Virus record (IMG/VR): IMGVR_UViG_3300045974_000166
Coordinates: 32,001-96,000 of that record
Length of the DNA stretch: 64,000 nt
Reading direction: 5' to 3' (one strand)
Source of the DNA: a virus
Shown: positions 1 to 8,529 of the stretch, in pieces
Layout of the letters: every line of letters starts with the position of its first letter
Position numbering within the stretch: the stretch's first letter is position 1
Program-made: the position numbers and the translations under genes
Notes under the pieces: model-generated
What the model saw: the letters and a program-made list of their open reading frames with translations, nothing else
Database searches by the model: none
Told to the model about the DNA's origin: nothing

Positions 1-116
1 AAAGATCCGAATGAAAAATAGCATAATCGACGAACGAACCATCGTCATAGTTGTACACACGAAAGAAATATGTTCCGTCGGTGTTTATAAGGTGCCCGGA
101 GGCGCCATGAGCCCAT

Positions 117-581
117 CTACTTGTTCCCATAATAGCAGTCTGAGTGTTGACCGAAAATGCCGCCAGTACAATCAAATGCATGGCCTTCAGCTACCCATTG
201 TTCCAATGTTTTTGGCTGTGATGGGACTGGTCCTGGTTTATGCACGCGTACAACATGCGGTGGGCCCGCTGGTTCATCCATATGAACACACGTCTCGAAA
301 TCACCTTTACTAACTTCACAACATGGATTTGTTGGTGTTGATTCTTTAATACATTCACACTTTTCGAAGTCCGAATCAAAGAGCAAGAAATCACGGTCAC
401 CGAACATATGTTCAGATGCAGTTGGCGCATATAGCGCAGTTTCGGGTGCAATAGAAAACCCGGCGCCGGCGCAAAGTTGTAGGAATTTTGGGAATGCATC
501 AACCCAGATTTCTGTTTCAAATTCTACCGTAACTACTGAACCGTCAAAATCGTCGGTGCATTGAAATGTAAATTTACTCAT
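117..581 (-). CDS. hypothetical protein
   Basis: 154-aa ORF co-directional with its neighbours; no recognisable motif. Confidence 0.6.
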   Translation of the reverse strand: MSKFTFQCTDDFDGSVVTVEFETEIWVDAFPKFLQLCAGAGFSIAPETALYAPTASEHMFGDRDFLLFDSDFEKCECIKESTPTNPCCEVSKGDFETCVHMDEPAGPPHVVRVHKPGPVPSQPKTLEQWVAEGHAFDCTGGIFGQHSDCYYGNK

Positions 582-594
582 TTTAGTTTTCCTT

Positions 595-894
595 TTATAA
601 AATTGTTGAACGATGTGAAAATGTCGAAATAGTTACAGTCTTGGCATCGACCTTGGCCCGTTCTTCTGGTGTCATATCACGGTGGTGCCATTTGCCTGTG
701 CCTTCATCATCCCAGACTTTGTAAGCCCAGGAGTCTCGGTTAAGACACCGTGCTTTGACCGTTCCTGGTTGTCGGCCGACAGCTTCTTCAATGGAAACTA
801 CCACATACTTGTTCGTCCACACAGATGAACCCCGACGAAGTGGGTGTACGAATGTAACACCCACATAGGCAGTTTTGCCCCACATATCATTCAT
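595..894 (-). CDS. hypothetical protein
   Basis: 99-aa ORF tightly packed in the minus-strand run. Confidence 0.6.
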   Translation of the reverse strand: MNDMWGKTAYVGVTFVHPLRRGSSVWTNKYVVVSIEEAVGRQPGTVKARCLNRDSWAYKVWDDEGTGKWHHRDMTPEERAKVDAKTVTISTFSHRSTIL

Positions 895-906
895 TTTGAT
901 TTTCCT

Positions 907-1191
907 TTAAGTTATATGCAATGCCACATAGACCTTACCTTCTTGGCCGGTAAGGTCTTTAAATTTTGTCTTTGCTTCTTGAATTTCATATCCAAGAGAA
1001 GTTAGATCAAATTCCGTTTGGTCACCATACAGCGCCCAGAAGCCGATAATGTTCTGATCTCGGGGTGAATCATAGTAACAAGATGAACGTTCCAGATCAC
1101 CATCGGCAATCAGATCACATAGATTTTCACAGAAGACAATGTCTTCGTATGGCAGACCAACGATGATGCCGCAATCCGACTCAACACTCAT
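907..1191 (-). CDS. hypothetical protein
   Basis: 94-aa acidic ORF; ATGA overlap with the ligase stop. Confidence 0.65.
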   Translation of the reverse strand: MSVESDCGIIVGLPYEDIVFCENLCDLIADGDLERSSCYYDSPRDQNIIGFWALYGDQTEFDLTSLGYEIQEAKTKFKDLTGQEGKVYVALHIT

Positions 1192-2486
1192 TTCAGTTCT
1201 TTCAAAGAGTTTGCAACATTTTTGTCGAAGCGGATTTGTTTGTACACGGGCAAGAACAGGCTCTTGGTATCGCGGCCCTTTGAGCTGATCACCTCGTTGT
1301 AAGCCACTTCAATAATCTTACCGATGAATTCGGATGCATCCTTAGAGCGGTCTTCATCTTTCAGACCAGTACCGACACCTGTATTTAGGAGGCCGTCTGA
1401 GGTTTCACAGATCAGGTTGCCGATCATGTTGGCATACTTGCCGGCACCTTTTTCGACACCAACACAGATCAGGTCGGCAGATTCTTCAGCTTTCAGCTTC
1501 ACGGAGTTCTTAGAGCGCTTGTCTTCCCAGACAGAATCCAACACTTTGATGATCGCACCTTCTTGTTTACGAGCACGCATTTGTTCATAGAACTCAATGC
1601 ATTCGGCAATGGTTTTCACATTCTTGCCTTCGACCACACGCACCCGGCGAGACCAGTAAGGAGCAAGTTTCTGCAGAGTAGTCCAACGATCAGAATAGAA
1701 AGCTTCACCTTGACCTTCAAGATATTGTTCAAGAGAAACCACGTCCCAGAGCACGATTGTGAACTGGTCCACTTCGGCTTCGGTTGCGGTGTTCCGAACC
1801 AACTTTGTATAGATACCATTAGATTTCTTACGGTCAGGAATGCCTGCGGCAGATTTGATGATCAGTTCGCCGTCAAATACTTGACCGCGGAAATCCCTGA
1901 AGTCTGCATCAAAGAGGCCGTACACATTGAGCTCAGAGCCGTTACGAGAGCGGCAAGCTACCGTACCATCTGGATCAACAGTGATCAACACGCGACCGCC
2001 GTCTTCCTTTAGGGAAACATTGAAACCACATTTGTTCTCAAATTTCTCGAGATACTTGCGAGTCTTGGCATTGAACTTGTCGCAGAGCATCACGGGATAC
2101 TCGGGCACCAGCTTGGGCCAGACTTTGGAAGCCAAGGTGTCCGACGCGCCACAGCGCAGATCATGATGCAGGATTCGGCAAGCAATAGCTGCGGCCGGGA
2201 AAGTGAGTGATTCGATCAGAGTCTGGAATTCAGCACGGGCGGCATCACCGGTCACCTTACGGGCAATGAGTCGGTCAAGTACTTCAAAGACACAAGGACC
2301 GATGTCATTTTTGCCGGTAGTCTTTGGCACTTCTGTGTACCGAATCCAGAAATTGAAGCGAGGATTGTATGCATACTCGAAACACTTTTTCAGAGTTTCG
2401 TTGGAGGCATGAGTTTTCAGGATCGCCAACTTCTCGTTGGTGGAAGCAGTCTGGGCGATCTGATCGACGATTTTGAAAATAGACAT
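1188..2486 (-). CDS. gp30: ATP-dependent DNA ligase (T4 gp30-like)
   Basis: Motif I KEDGGR, motif III FDGEL, IV EGAIIK, V VKLK and an OB-fold C-terminus (GVGTG). Start moved to MSIFKIV (2486), next to the upstream stop. Confidence 0.95.
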   Translation of the reverse strand: MSIFKIVDQIAQTASTNEKLAILKTHASNETLKKCFEYAYNPRFNFWIRYTEVPKTTGKNDIGPCVFEVLDRLIARKVTGDAARAEFQTLIESLTFPAAAIACRILHHDLRCGASDTLASKVWPKLVPEYPVMLCDKFNAKTRKYLEKFENKCGFNVSLKEDGGRVLITVDPDGTVACRSRNGSELNVYGLFDADFRDFRGQVFDGELIIKSAAGIPDRKKSNGIYTKLVRNTATEAEVDQFTIVLWDVVSLEQYLEGQGEAFYSDRWTTLQKLAPYWSRRVRVVEGKNVKTIAECIEFYEQMRARKQEGAIIKVLDSVWEDKRSKNSVKLKAEESADLICVGVEKGAGKYANMIGNLICETSDGLLNTGVGTGLKDEDRSKDASEFIGKIIEVAYNEVISSKGRDTKSLFLPVYKQIRFDKNVANSLKELK

Positions 2487-2487
2487 A

Positions 2488-2691
2488 TTAAGCGATAAAG
2501 TCGTAGGAATATTCATCATCAACACGGCACATGGAAACCCCACCGGTGGTCAGACCCATCAGAGCTTCTTGCAGCTTATTGGCTTCACGGTGAGTGATGT
2601 CACACACAAAGAGCGTACCGAAGGAAAATTCAGCCTGGGCCGAACCAAGAACCTCGGTCACCCGAGTCAACACAACCGTTTCAAAACCCAT
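2488..2691 (-). CDS. hypothetical protein
   Basis: 67 aa; SD AAAGGA; first gene after promoter 2721-2749. Confidence 0.65.
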   Translation of the reverse strand: MGFETVVLTRVTEVLGSAQAEFSFGTLFVCDITHREANKLQEALMGLTTGGVSMCRVDDEYSYDFIA

Positions 2692-2720
2692 GATATTTCC
2701 TTTGTTTCAGAAGATGATTT

Positions 2721-2749
2721 ATTATAACACAATTAGAATTATGTGTAAA
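2721..2749 (-). promoter_or_regulatory. early sigma70-type promoter P1
   Basis: TTTACA-17 nt-TATAAT on the minus strand; upstream TAA (2750-2752) abuts the -35. Confidence 0.85.
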
Positions 2750-3040
2750 TTAAAGTAGTTTGATTACTTTACAAAGTAGTTCGTCGGCAAGTTTACTATC
2801 TACCCAAGCAATATAGCCGTCTTCATCAAGTTCACCTGGGATTATGTGAGCTTTTATCAGCGGCACATAAAGTTCACGTTCCCAACTAGAATTACCAAAC
2901 GGCCGTTTTCCAGAAAAGCCTTCTTTTTCTTGTACTAGAGTAGTAAGTAGAAGTTGGAAATAATGCCGGATTGTTTTTGCTCCGGCATCATTTTCTTCCA
3001 TTTCAAGATCAAGAACGGGTTGCTTAGTAAGCTTCGGCAT
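2750..3040 (-). CDS. hypothetical protein
   Basis: Start likely MPKLTKQ (3040) rather than 3154, which avoids a long overlap; contains FSGKRPFGNSSWE. Confidence 0.6.
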   Translation of the reverse strand: MPKLTKQPVLDLEMEENDAGAKTIRHYFQLLLTTLVQEKEGFSGKRPFGNSSWERELYVPLIKAHIIPGELDEDGYIAWVDSKLADELLCKVIKLL

Positions 3041-3254
3041 ATGAGTACCAGGTACCATCAGAATTTTGGCATGCAGACCAAGAGACTCTGCGGTTACCGC
3101 ATTCACATCGCCGAGATTCTCCATCCCAGCCGCCGCATTTAGATTTGTCTTCATCGAGATAATTGTTACAATTCATCCCATCAAACTCAATCAAGTAAGG
3201 ACCATGGTCCTTGGTTGCGTTCGAGAGTGCCTCAGCCCAGGTGGCGTAGCTCAT
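3024..3254 (-). CDS. hypothetical Cys-containing protein
   Basis: Start MSYATW (3254) overlaps the upstream stop (ATGA); GWDGESRRCECGNRRV. Confidence 0.6.
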   Translation of the reverse strand: MSYATWAEALSNATKDHGPYLIEFDGMNCNNYLDEDKSKCGGWDGESRRCECGNRRVSWSACQNSDGTWYSYAEAY

Positions 3255-3622
3255 TTGCGCGGCACAGCCATGACGATTCGGTAGCCCGTGTTGGTAGCAG
3301 TCTGCCAAAGTGGTTCTTGCACAACAGTCACTTGGCAATACTTGAGAGCAATCTGACCACCAGTCATTACTGCTTCATCGATTACCTTGGCGACCTTGGG
3401 ATCCAACACAGAGAATGCCCAGATGTTTCCGCCGCGGATTCCATTAGCATTGCCTGCAATCTTCTCGCCTTCCATGACGAGTTCGCCTTCCCAGGATTTA
3501 TTCACAAACCCCTTAGACGAGAACTTTTGAACGGATCCTACACGGACACCATCAGAGTAACATTCTGCCGTTGCTGCCAAAGCCGTTAAGGCCAGGGCAG
3601 CAACCATGATGATCTTTTTCAT
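3251..3622 (-). CDS. secreted/periplasmic hypothetical protein
   Basis: Signal peptide MKKIIMVAALALTALAATA; SD AAGGA. Confidence 0.7.
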   Translation of the reverse strand: MKKIIMVAALALTALAATAECYSDGVRVGSVQKFSSKGFVNKSWEGELVMEGEKIAGNANGIRGGNIWAFSVLDPKVAKVIDEAVMTGGQIALKYCQVTVVQEPLWQTATNTGYRIVMAVPRK

Positions 3623-3643
3623 GATTGCTTTTCCTTTTTAAGT

Positions 3644-4612
3644 TTAGACTGCCAAGGCCAGCATGTCGGCCAAGACTTCGTTTTTCACCTTTTCGGCACG
3701 GCCGAAGTGTGACTGCCAGAAGGCATGGGATTCATCACGTTTACGACCATTGCCGTGAGTGAACAGATCGGTTGCGGCATTCACAACACCCCAAGCAGTG
3801 CCCTTGGAGTACTGAGCACCATCACCGGATTTATACAGATTCATGAGGGTAGCAACTTCCTTGATACGGCCGGTGGGTTGATCTTCAGCCAACACATCCT
3901 TCATGTAGAATTTCTTCTCAAAGTACTTTTGGACGAAATTGTCGGCAACTTCGACTTCAGCCAATTTCTTGATCGAAGCGGCAAAGGTTTCCCAGGATTC
4001 GTCGATCAGACCCATGTCCATCTTGACCTGAGTAGCATCCCATTCGATGCGGTGAGATTTCTTCACAACACGTTTGGAGTTGTCGTTCAGGGCGACGGTC
4101 AGTGTGTTATTGCACACGGTACGAGTGGAGGTCAGCTTCGCCGTAGTAGCGAGGGTGCCGTCGATGGAAGTCACGAGGAGCAGGTAACCGTTCACGTGAT
4201 CTTTGGTCACGGCCTCGAACGACTTACCGATTTCAGCAGTAGCCCAGAAGCGTTTCCCACCGAAGAGCGACCCAGCGGCCGAGAGCTTCATGCCGTGCAG
4301 TTGAGTCAGATCACGGAAGAATTCCATCACTTCGGCAGGTTGGACGATCTTGTAATCCTTGCCGACGATCGACATGGGTTCCTTGGTATCCGAACGGAAT
4401 AGGACGCGTTTGCCGTCATAGCAGTGTTGACCGTCCATTGAGGTGAACTGGACGGCCGATTGGAAGACTTCCCAGGACAGACCGGCCTCAACAATCCAAT
4501 CTTCGATTGAAGCGCCAGGGGTGAGTTCCTGACCGAGACCGTGCCAGGCCTTGTCGCCAGCATATGCGAATTCGGCGGTGCCATTTTCGCGGATTGTAAT
4601 TGCATGAGCCAT
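3644..4612 (-). CDS. DUF932 family protein (phage/plasmid TIGR03299-like)
   Basis: AWHGLGQ, AGLSWEV, YKIVQP, AGSLFGGKRFWA and TRTVCNNTL motifs. Confidence 0.85.
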   Translation of the reverse strand: MAHAITIRENGTAEFAYAGDKAWHGLGQELTPGASIEDWIVEAGLSWEVFQSAVQFTSMDGQHCYDGKRVLFRSDTKEPMSIVGKDYKIVQPAEVMEFFRDLTQLHGMKLSAAGSLFGGKRFWATAEIGKSFEAVTKDHVNGYLLLVTSIDGTLATTAKLTSTRTVCNNTLTVALNDNSKRVVKKSHRIEWDATQVKMDMGLIDESWETFAASIKKLAEVEVADNFVQKYFEKKFYMKDVLAEDQPTGRIKEVATLMNLYKSGDGAQYSKGTAWGVVNAATDLFTHGNGRKRDESHAFWQSHFGRAEKVKNEVLADMLALAV

Positions 4613-4646
4613 GATTTTTCCTTTAAGGATTTGTTGAAGATGAGTT

Positions 4647-4675
4647 ATTATACCACAATAAGAATTATGTGTAAA
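4647..4675 (-). promoter_or_regulatory. early promoter P2
   Basis: TTTACA-17-TATAAT; upstream TAA at 4676-4678 abuts. Confidence 0.85.
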
Positions 4676-4852
4676 TTATTTCTTATTGACTAGATTCTTG
4701 GTGGCTTTGCGGTCACGTTTTTCCTGAGCCTTCTTGAGTCGTTCGAAGTCGGCTTCATTTGGTTCAGGTTTTGGCTCGGGCAACAGTACATCTGGAAATC
4801 CACCCATGAGACCAGTTGCTGTCATAATTCCAGCCATAAGTATTCCATTCAT
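4676..4852 (-). CDS. small hypothetical protein (58 aa, not in ORF track)
   Basis: Read by hand: MNGILMAGIMTATGLMGGFPDV...NLVNKK; ATGA-coupled to the upstream ORF. Confidence 0.5.
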   Translation of the reverse strand: MNGILMAGIMTATGLMGGFPDVLLPEPKPEPNEADFERLKKAQEKRDRKATKNLVNKK

Positions 4853-5070
4853 TCTAATAACTCCAATTCACGTTTAAGATAAGTTCTTGATGCCATATTC
4901 AAAATAATGGCGGCCGAATGGCGCCACATTTCTTCTTTCATTCCTAAATACAGCAGACCAAGCCCCTTGTGCATATTATCCAATTCATCAATATTGAGAG
5001 TTGGAGCTGCAAGAGTAAATTCTCGAGAATACTTTTTGAATTCTTCCCAAGTGCATTCGAACGTGGACAT
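4849..5070 (-). CDS. hypothetical protein
   Basis: 73-aa ORF with SD AAGG. Confidence 0.55.
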   Translation of the reverse strand: MSTFECTWEEFKKYSREFTLAAPTLNIDELDNMHKGLGLLYLGMKEEMWRHSAAIILNMASRTYLKRELELLE

Positions 5071-5079
5071 TATTTTACC

Positions 5080-5553
5080 TTATTGTTCATTCATGTACTT
5101 GAGACTAGCAGCAACATAGTCGCCGACGCGTTTCATGAATTCTTTCTTAAAGCCGAACATCACGTGATTATCGATGTCCCACCAAAAGTCGGCATTAGTT
5201 CCATATTTTGATTTCACACGATCTTTTTCAAAGTGAACTGCTTCTTTGGTATGAATAACCGAATGTGTGTCACGAGCCTTTTTCAGAAATTCTACATAAT
5301 CTTTGAAATCTGCATCATCAAATGCCGACCACACCCGCAGCGGAGTATCACCTTCTGTGATTTCTGGGACTTGACGGCAGTGCCAAGCATGTGCTGGGAA
5401 TGTTTCGATTGCGCGAAAGGATGCTGGGAGAGCACCAAACTCGAATTCCGCGGAACCCATGTAATCAAAATTGACTGCTTGGGAAAGACGTGTATCTTTT
5501 GGGGCTAATGGGGTTTTGATTTCGGCACGTTGAATGAGATAGGGGTTGTACAT
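5080..5553 (-). CDS. hypothetical protein
   Basis: 157 aa; DYMGSAEFEFGALP motif; SD AAGGA. Confidence 0.7.
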   Translation of the reverse strand: MYNPYLIQRAEIKTPLAPKDTRLSQAVNFDYMGSAEFEFGALPASFRAIETFPAHAWHCRQVPEITEGDTPLRVWSAFDDADFKDYVEFLKKARDTHSVIHTKEAVHFEKDRVKSKYGTNADFWWDIDNHVMFGFKKEFMKRVGDYVAASLKYMNEQ

Positions 5554-5561
5554 TTTAATCC

Positions 5562-5813
5562 TTAGTCGAGAATTGTGACACGGCCGGTGGCGATGGAGTC
5601 CATGAAGTGCTCACCTTGCTCGGGGAATTTGAAGATCTGGTTTCGTGGGATTTTGATTTCTTGGCCCTCCACCACTCGTTTGACAGCTGCGGCAGTCACA
5701 ATTCCGTACTGGATTGTGAGAACACGAGCGACGATGTAATGGTCTGGGTTACCCGGGAAGTCAAGAGCTTTGACGATGTGACCAGAGCAGAGTTGTGTTT
5801 GAGTGCTTTGCAT
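5562..5813 (-). CDS. hypothetical protein
   Basis: 83-aa ORF in the operon run. Confidence 0.6.
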   Translation of the reverse strand: MQSTQTQLCSGHIVKALDFPGNPDHYIVARVLTIQYGIVTAAAVKRVVEGQEIKIPRNQIFKFPEQGEHFMDSIATGRVTILD

Positions 5814-5815
5814 GA

Positions 5816-5893
5816 TTATTTGCGGAGAATGAGATAAAGTGGGAGGAGAACAGCTGTGACAGCAAGGGCCCAGAGCAGTTTAAACGGATTCAT
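5816..5893 (-). CDS. small membrane peptide (25 aa, not in ORF track)
   Basis: MNPFKLLWALAVTAVLLPLYLILRK fills the gap between two ORFs. Confidence 0.4.
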   Translation of the reverse strand: MNPFKLLWALAVTAVLLPLYLILRK

Positions 5894-6080
5894 TTTGGGC
5901 TTCTTTCAAAGCAGCACGGGCAAGGCGTTTCATACGGTTGGTCGCAGAGACATCGGAAACATAAGTTTCGCCAACCCAGATAACGATAGGGAAGTTCTTC
6001 GAGGAAACATCGGTCACAACGGCGCGGACTTTAGTACCCAGGTTACGGCCTTCGATGGTTTCGTAGGTAAGTGTGATCAT
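5880..6080 (-). CDS. hypothetical protein
   Basis: 66 aa; SD AAAGGA after promoter P3. Confidence 0.65.
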   Translation of the reverse strand: MITLTYETIEGRNLGTKVRAVVTDVSSKNFPIVIWVGETYVSDVSATNRMKRLARAALKEAQNESV

Positions 6081-6082
6081 GA

Positions 6083-6119
6083 TTTTCCTTTGTGATTTGG
6101 AGAAGATGGTTTATTATAC
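6083..6119. repeat. 37-bp exact direct repeat, copy 1 (-10 box, leader and SD)
   Basis: ttttcctttgtgatttggagaagatggtttattatac, identical to 7359-7395. Confidence 0.9.
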
Positions 6120-6141
6120 ACCATCCATCATTATGTGTAAA
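6113..6141 (-). promoter_or_regulatory. early promoter P3
   Basis: TTTACA-17-TATAAT; the tRNA CCA end lies 5 nt upstream of the -35. Confidence 0.85.
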
Positions 6142-6146
6142 TTAAT

Positions 6147-6221
6147 TGGTGCAACCCCCGGGACTTGAACCCAGACCTTAAGAATTATGAGTTCTCGGCA
6201 CTACCATTATGCTAGAGTTGC
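6147..6221 (-). tRNA. tRNA with CAU anticodon (elongator Met or Ile2)
   Basis: 75-nt cloverleaf: acceptor GCAACTC/GGGTTGC, anticodon arm GAGAA-CTCATAA-TTCTT, T-loop TTCAAGT, encoded CCA. Confidence 0.92.
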
Positions 6222-6233
6222 GTGTACTATTTA

Positions 6234-6584
6234 TTACCAGGAGCGGAGTTTCCGCATTTCTTCTGGATAGATTGAATAGTCATACGGCTTATACGAACCA
6301 GATTCTTGTAATCTCCGAGATTCGTTATCCAACACATCTTCAAGCCAGCGCATACCGTAGGCAAACCGTGGAACTGCGAACTTGGGAATGTCTTCCGTGG
6401 CTACATAGAAGTACAGATCCGAACGACCACCAGACGTAGGGTCATCGTAGTCGGGCTTGGTTGTAAACACACCAATGAACTTGGCATGAGTCTTGAGTTC
6501 TTCCAGAATGAAGTTCTCAAAATCCTTTGGGGTATTCTCACCCATCGAGGTGTGCGGCCATACAACAACTTGTTTGAATTCCAT
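6234..6584 (-). CDS. hypothetical protein
   Basis: 116-aa ORF; SD AAGGA. Confidence 0.7.
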   Translation of the reverse strand: MEFKQVVVWPHTSMGENTPKDFENFILEELKTHAKFIGVFTTKPDYDDPTSGGRSDLYFYVATEDIPKFAVPRFAYGMRWLEDVLDNESRRLQESGSYKPYDYSIYPEEMRKLRSW

Positions 6585-6586
6585 GA

Positions 6587-6859
6587 TTATTCCTTAGCTT
6601 TGATAACAACACCAAAATGAGATGACCGGGCCAAAGATGCGCCACCATTGAATGCGGACCTGAAATTATAGTAATCTACGACATCGTATGATAGGCCGGT
6701 TGAATTCAGTCGTTCAGTCATGTGCAGCATAAAACTTTCGGCCGTGGTTCCGTGGGTGTAAAAATAACCGCGGCGAATGACGATCATTCCGTCTTTATTA
6801 CGAGAAACTTGGTCGGCATAGTGGCCGATTGCTTGCTTGACTTCCTTGACTGTGAGCAT
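6587..6859 (-). CDS. hypothetical protein
   Basis: Start MLTVKEV after SD AAAGGA, downstream of P4. Confidence 0.65.
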   Translation of the reverse strand: MLTVKEVKQAIGHYADQVSRNKDGMIVIRRGYFYTHGTTAESFMLHMTERLNSTGLSYDVVDYYNFRSAFNGGASLARSSHFGVVIKAKE

Positions 6860-6888
6860 GATTTTCCTTTGTGATTCGGTATGGATCA

Positions 6889-6917
6889 ATTATACTACAA
6901 CGAATATTATGTGTACA
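6889..6917 (-). promoter_or_regulatory. early promoter P4
   Basis: TGTACA-17-TATAAT; upstream TAA at 6918-6920 abuts. Confidence 0.8.
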
Positions 6918-7115
6918 TTAATCGAAGCTTTGGATTATCTTATTGCGCAACAGCACTTCCTTCAGCTGTTTGTCGATGAACCGACCGCAGAGCGTCTTGG
7001 CTTTTTCACAGCCGGGGTAACCGAAGGGAAGCAGCGAATAGATCTGCTTCAGCTGATCCAACGTTTTCTGGGCAGCAACTTGGGTTTCAATGAGGTCGTT
7101 CAGTTCTTTACACAT
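6918..7115 (-). CDS. hypothetical protein
   Basis: 65 aa; SD AAGGA. Confidence 0.6.
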   Translation of the reverse strand: MCKELNDLIETQVAAQKTLDQLKQIYSLLPFGYPGCEKAKTLCGRFIDKQLKEVLLRNKIIQSFD

Positions 7116-7124
7116 GATTTTTCC

Positions 7125-7355
7125 TTAGACGAATTGTACGTTCTTGCGGATCTTTTTGGACATCTTGGAGATGATGCCGAGCTGCACAGAGATGAGTTCG
7201 TCAAAGATCACCTTGGCGTCACGGGGAAGCGCAGAGTACACTTGATGGTACCGAGTGATGACACGGACGGCTTCGTCCTTCTTTTCATGGAATTTAACCT
7301 GGTCGGTGTCCACGAGGATATTCCGACCGTAGGCAAACATTGTGACTTTTTCCAT
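7125..7355 (-). CDS. hypothetical protein
   Basis: 76 aa; SD AAAGGA after P5. Confidence 0.65.
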   Translation of the reverse strand: MEKVTMFAYGRNILVDTDQVKFHEKKDEAVRVITRYHQVYSALPRDAKVIFDELISVQLGIISKMSKKIRKNVQFV

Positions 7356-7358
7356 GAT

Positions 7359-7395
7359 TTTTCCTTTGTGATTTGGAGAAGATGGTTTATTATAC
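7359..7395. repeat. 37-bp exact direct repeat, copy 2
   Basis: Identical to 6083-6119. Confidence 0.9.
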
Positions 7396-7417
7396 TACAC
7401 TCAGAATTATGTGTAAA
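7389..7417 (-). promoter_or_regulatory. early promoter P5
   Basis: TTTACA-17-TATAAT; upstream TAA at 7418-7420 abuts. Confidence 0.85.
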
Positions 7418-7912
7418 TTATTCCCAAGTCACGCCGGTAGCAACAACCGTACCCAGGATCTGGATCACAGCATATTTGGTGCCTGGCATATGTTTGGCAT
7501 AACTCTCGGCCTCATCTTGTGCAGCTTTCAGGGTTGCATATGTACCAACAACGGCCATGCCGTTATGAAGCTTCAAAACGCTGTAGCTCGGTTTCTTTTC
7601 CGTAGCTGGGGTAATACACTGCTCGGGCTGAGTAGACGCAGAATAGACCCGTGCTGGGGGAGACGAGCGATATGCCATATCCTGGCGTTCGGCCGCAGTA
7701 ATGAGTACATCAAAAACTTCACGGACGCGATCTTTACGAACGAACTTCAGCACTTTGTTGTTTTCACCCAGTGCTGCAATCTGTACCTTGGTGCGTAGCG
7801 GTAGGCGCCACTTGATGTCCTTTTCATTCGGGCATTTAGTAGACACAATGACATTACGACCTTCATCGTAGTAGAAGTCTTTGAGACGAACATCTGAGGA
7901 TTTAAACAACAT
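7418..7912 (-). CDS. hypothetical protein
   Basis: 164 aa; SD AAGGA. Confidence 0.7.
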   Translation of the reverse strand: MLFKSSDVRLKDFYYDEGRNVIVSTKCPNEKDIKWRLPLRTKVQIAALGENNKVLKFVRKDRVREVFDVLITAAERQDMAYRSSPPARVYSASTQPEQCITPATEKKPSYSVLKLHNGMAVVGTYATLKAAQDEAESYAKHMPGTKYAVIQILGTVVATGVTWE

Positions 7913-7929
7913 GGCGAGTTCCTTTTAAG

Positions 7930-8154
7930 TTAAGCCATACAATCATAAGCATCGTGACCAAGAGAACGACCGTACTGGGCACAGTAAGCTTCCCAGACCA
8001 ACAGGTTATCAAACTTGACCGAGTTGTACTCGTCGACCCAGTCGAACATACGATCCGACGGGTCCTTGCCGTTATCCTTACTCCAGCAATGGCTGTACTT
8101 ATTCAGCATGCCAGAGATGTAGTTAAGACGTTTGATTTGGGTTTTCGTTTTCAT
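7930..8154 (-). CDS. hypothetical protein (probably leaderless mRNA)
   Basis: Start MKTKTQ lies 6 nt after the -10 hexamer of P6. Confidence 0.6.
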   Translation of the reverse strand: MKTKTQIKRLNYISGMLNKYSHCWSKDNGKDPSDRMFDWVDEYNSVKFDNLLVWEAYCAQYGRSLGHDAYDCMA

Positions 8155-8160
8155 AGGGTA

Positions 8161-8189
8161 ATTATACCACAATAGCAATTATGTGTAAA
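8161..8189 (-). promoter_or_regulatory. early promoter P6
   Basis: TTTACA-17-TATAAT; upstream TAA at 8190-8192 abuts. Confidence 0.85.
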
Positions 8190-8528
8190 TTAAAATGGAA
8201 TGTCATCATCCCAACAAATTGGGCGTTGAACTTCTTTGTATTGTGGTGCGACATAGTCTGGATTGTGAAAGTTGTTAAAGACTTCGTTATACGATCCAAA
8301 GTTAGTGAAGTCACAACGTAAGCGATCTTGATTGTCTGTCAGAATTTCTGTTATTCCCAGATCTGTGTAGTCACCGCTGGCCACGCCAAGAACGGTGACG
8401 TGGCCATTGTTGAATTCACCATCCCAACTACCATTGATGACGGTGAATTCAAAATTCTTTGGATCATAGTTATCATTCACCGTCACAAGCAGCTGAGGGT
8501 CTCCAGGTTTTCCTAACATGAGCCTCAT
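8190..8528 (-). CDS. hypothetical protein
   Basis: 112 aa immediately after nadV; start ambiguous (8528 or 8519). Confidence 0.6.
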   Translation of the reverse strand: MRLMLGKPGDPQLLVTVNDNYDPKNFEFTVINGSWDGEFNNGHVTVLGVASGDYTDLGITEILTDNQDRLRCDFTNFGSYNEVFNNFHNPDYVAPQYKEVQRPICWDDDIPF

Positions 8529-8529
8529 T

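Noticed and set aside
1324-2412. Several plus-strand ORFs over the DNA ligase
   Set aside because: Shadow ORFs opposite a confident gene; the same applies to the antisense ORFs over late genes.
2738-2752. Repeat core TTATGTGTAAAT resembles the XerD arm of dif (TTATGTTAAAT)
   Set aside because: It has an extra base, there is no XerC arm at 6-8 bp spacing, and the motif is fully explained as a -35 element.
3725-4402. 225-aa plus-strand ORF
   Set aside because: Antisense shadow of the DUF932 gene; no motif or promoter.
6837-7502. 221-aa plus-strand ORF
   Set aside because: Antisense across three well-supported minus-strand genes and two promoters.
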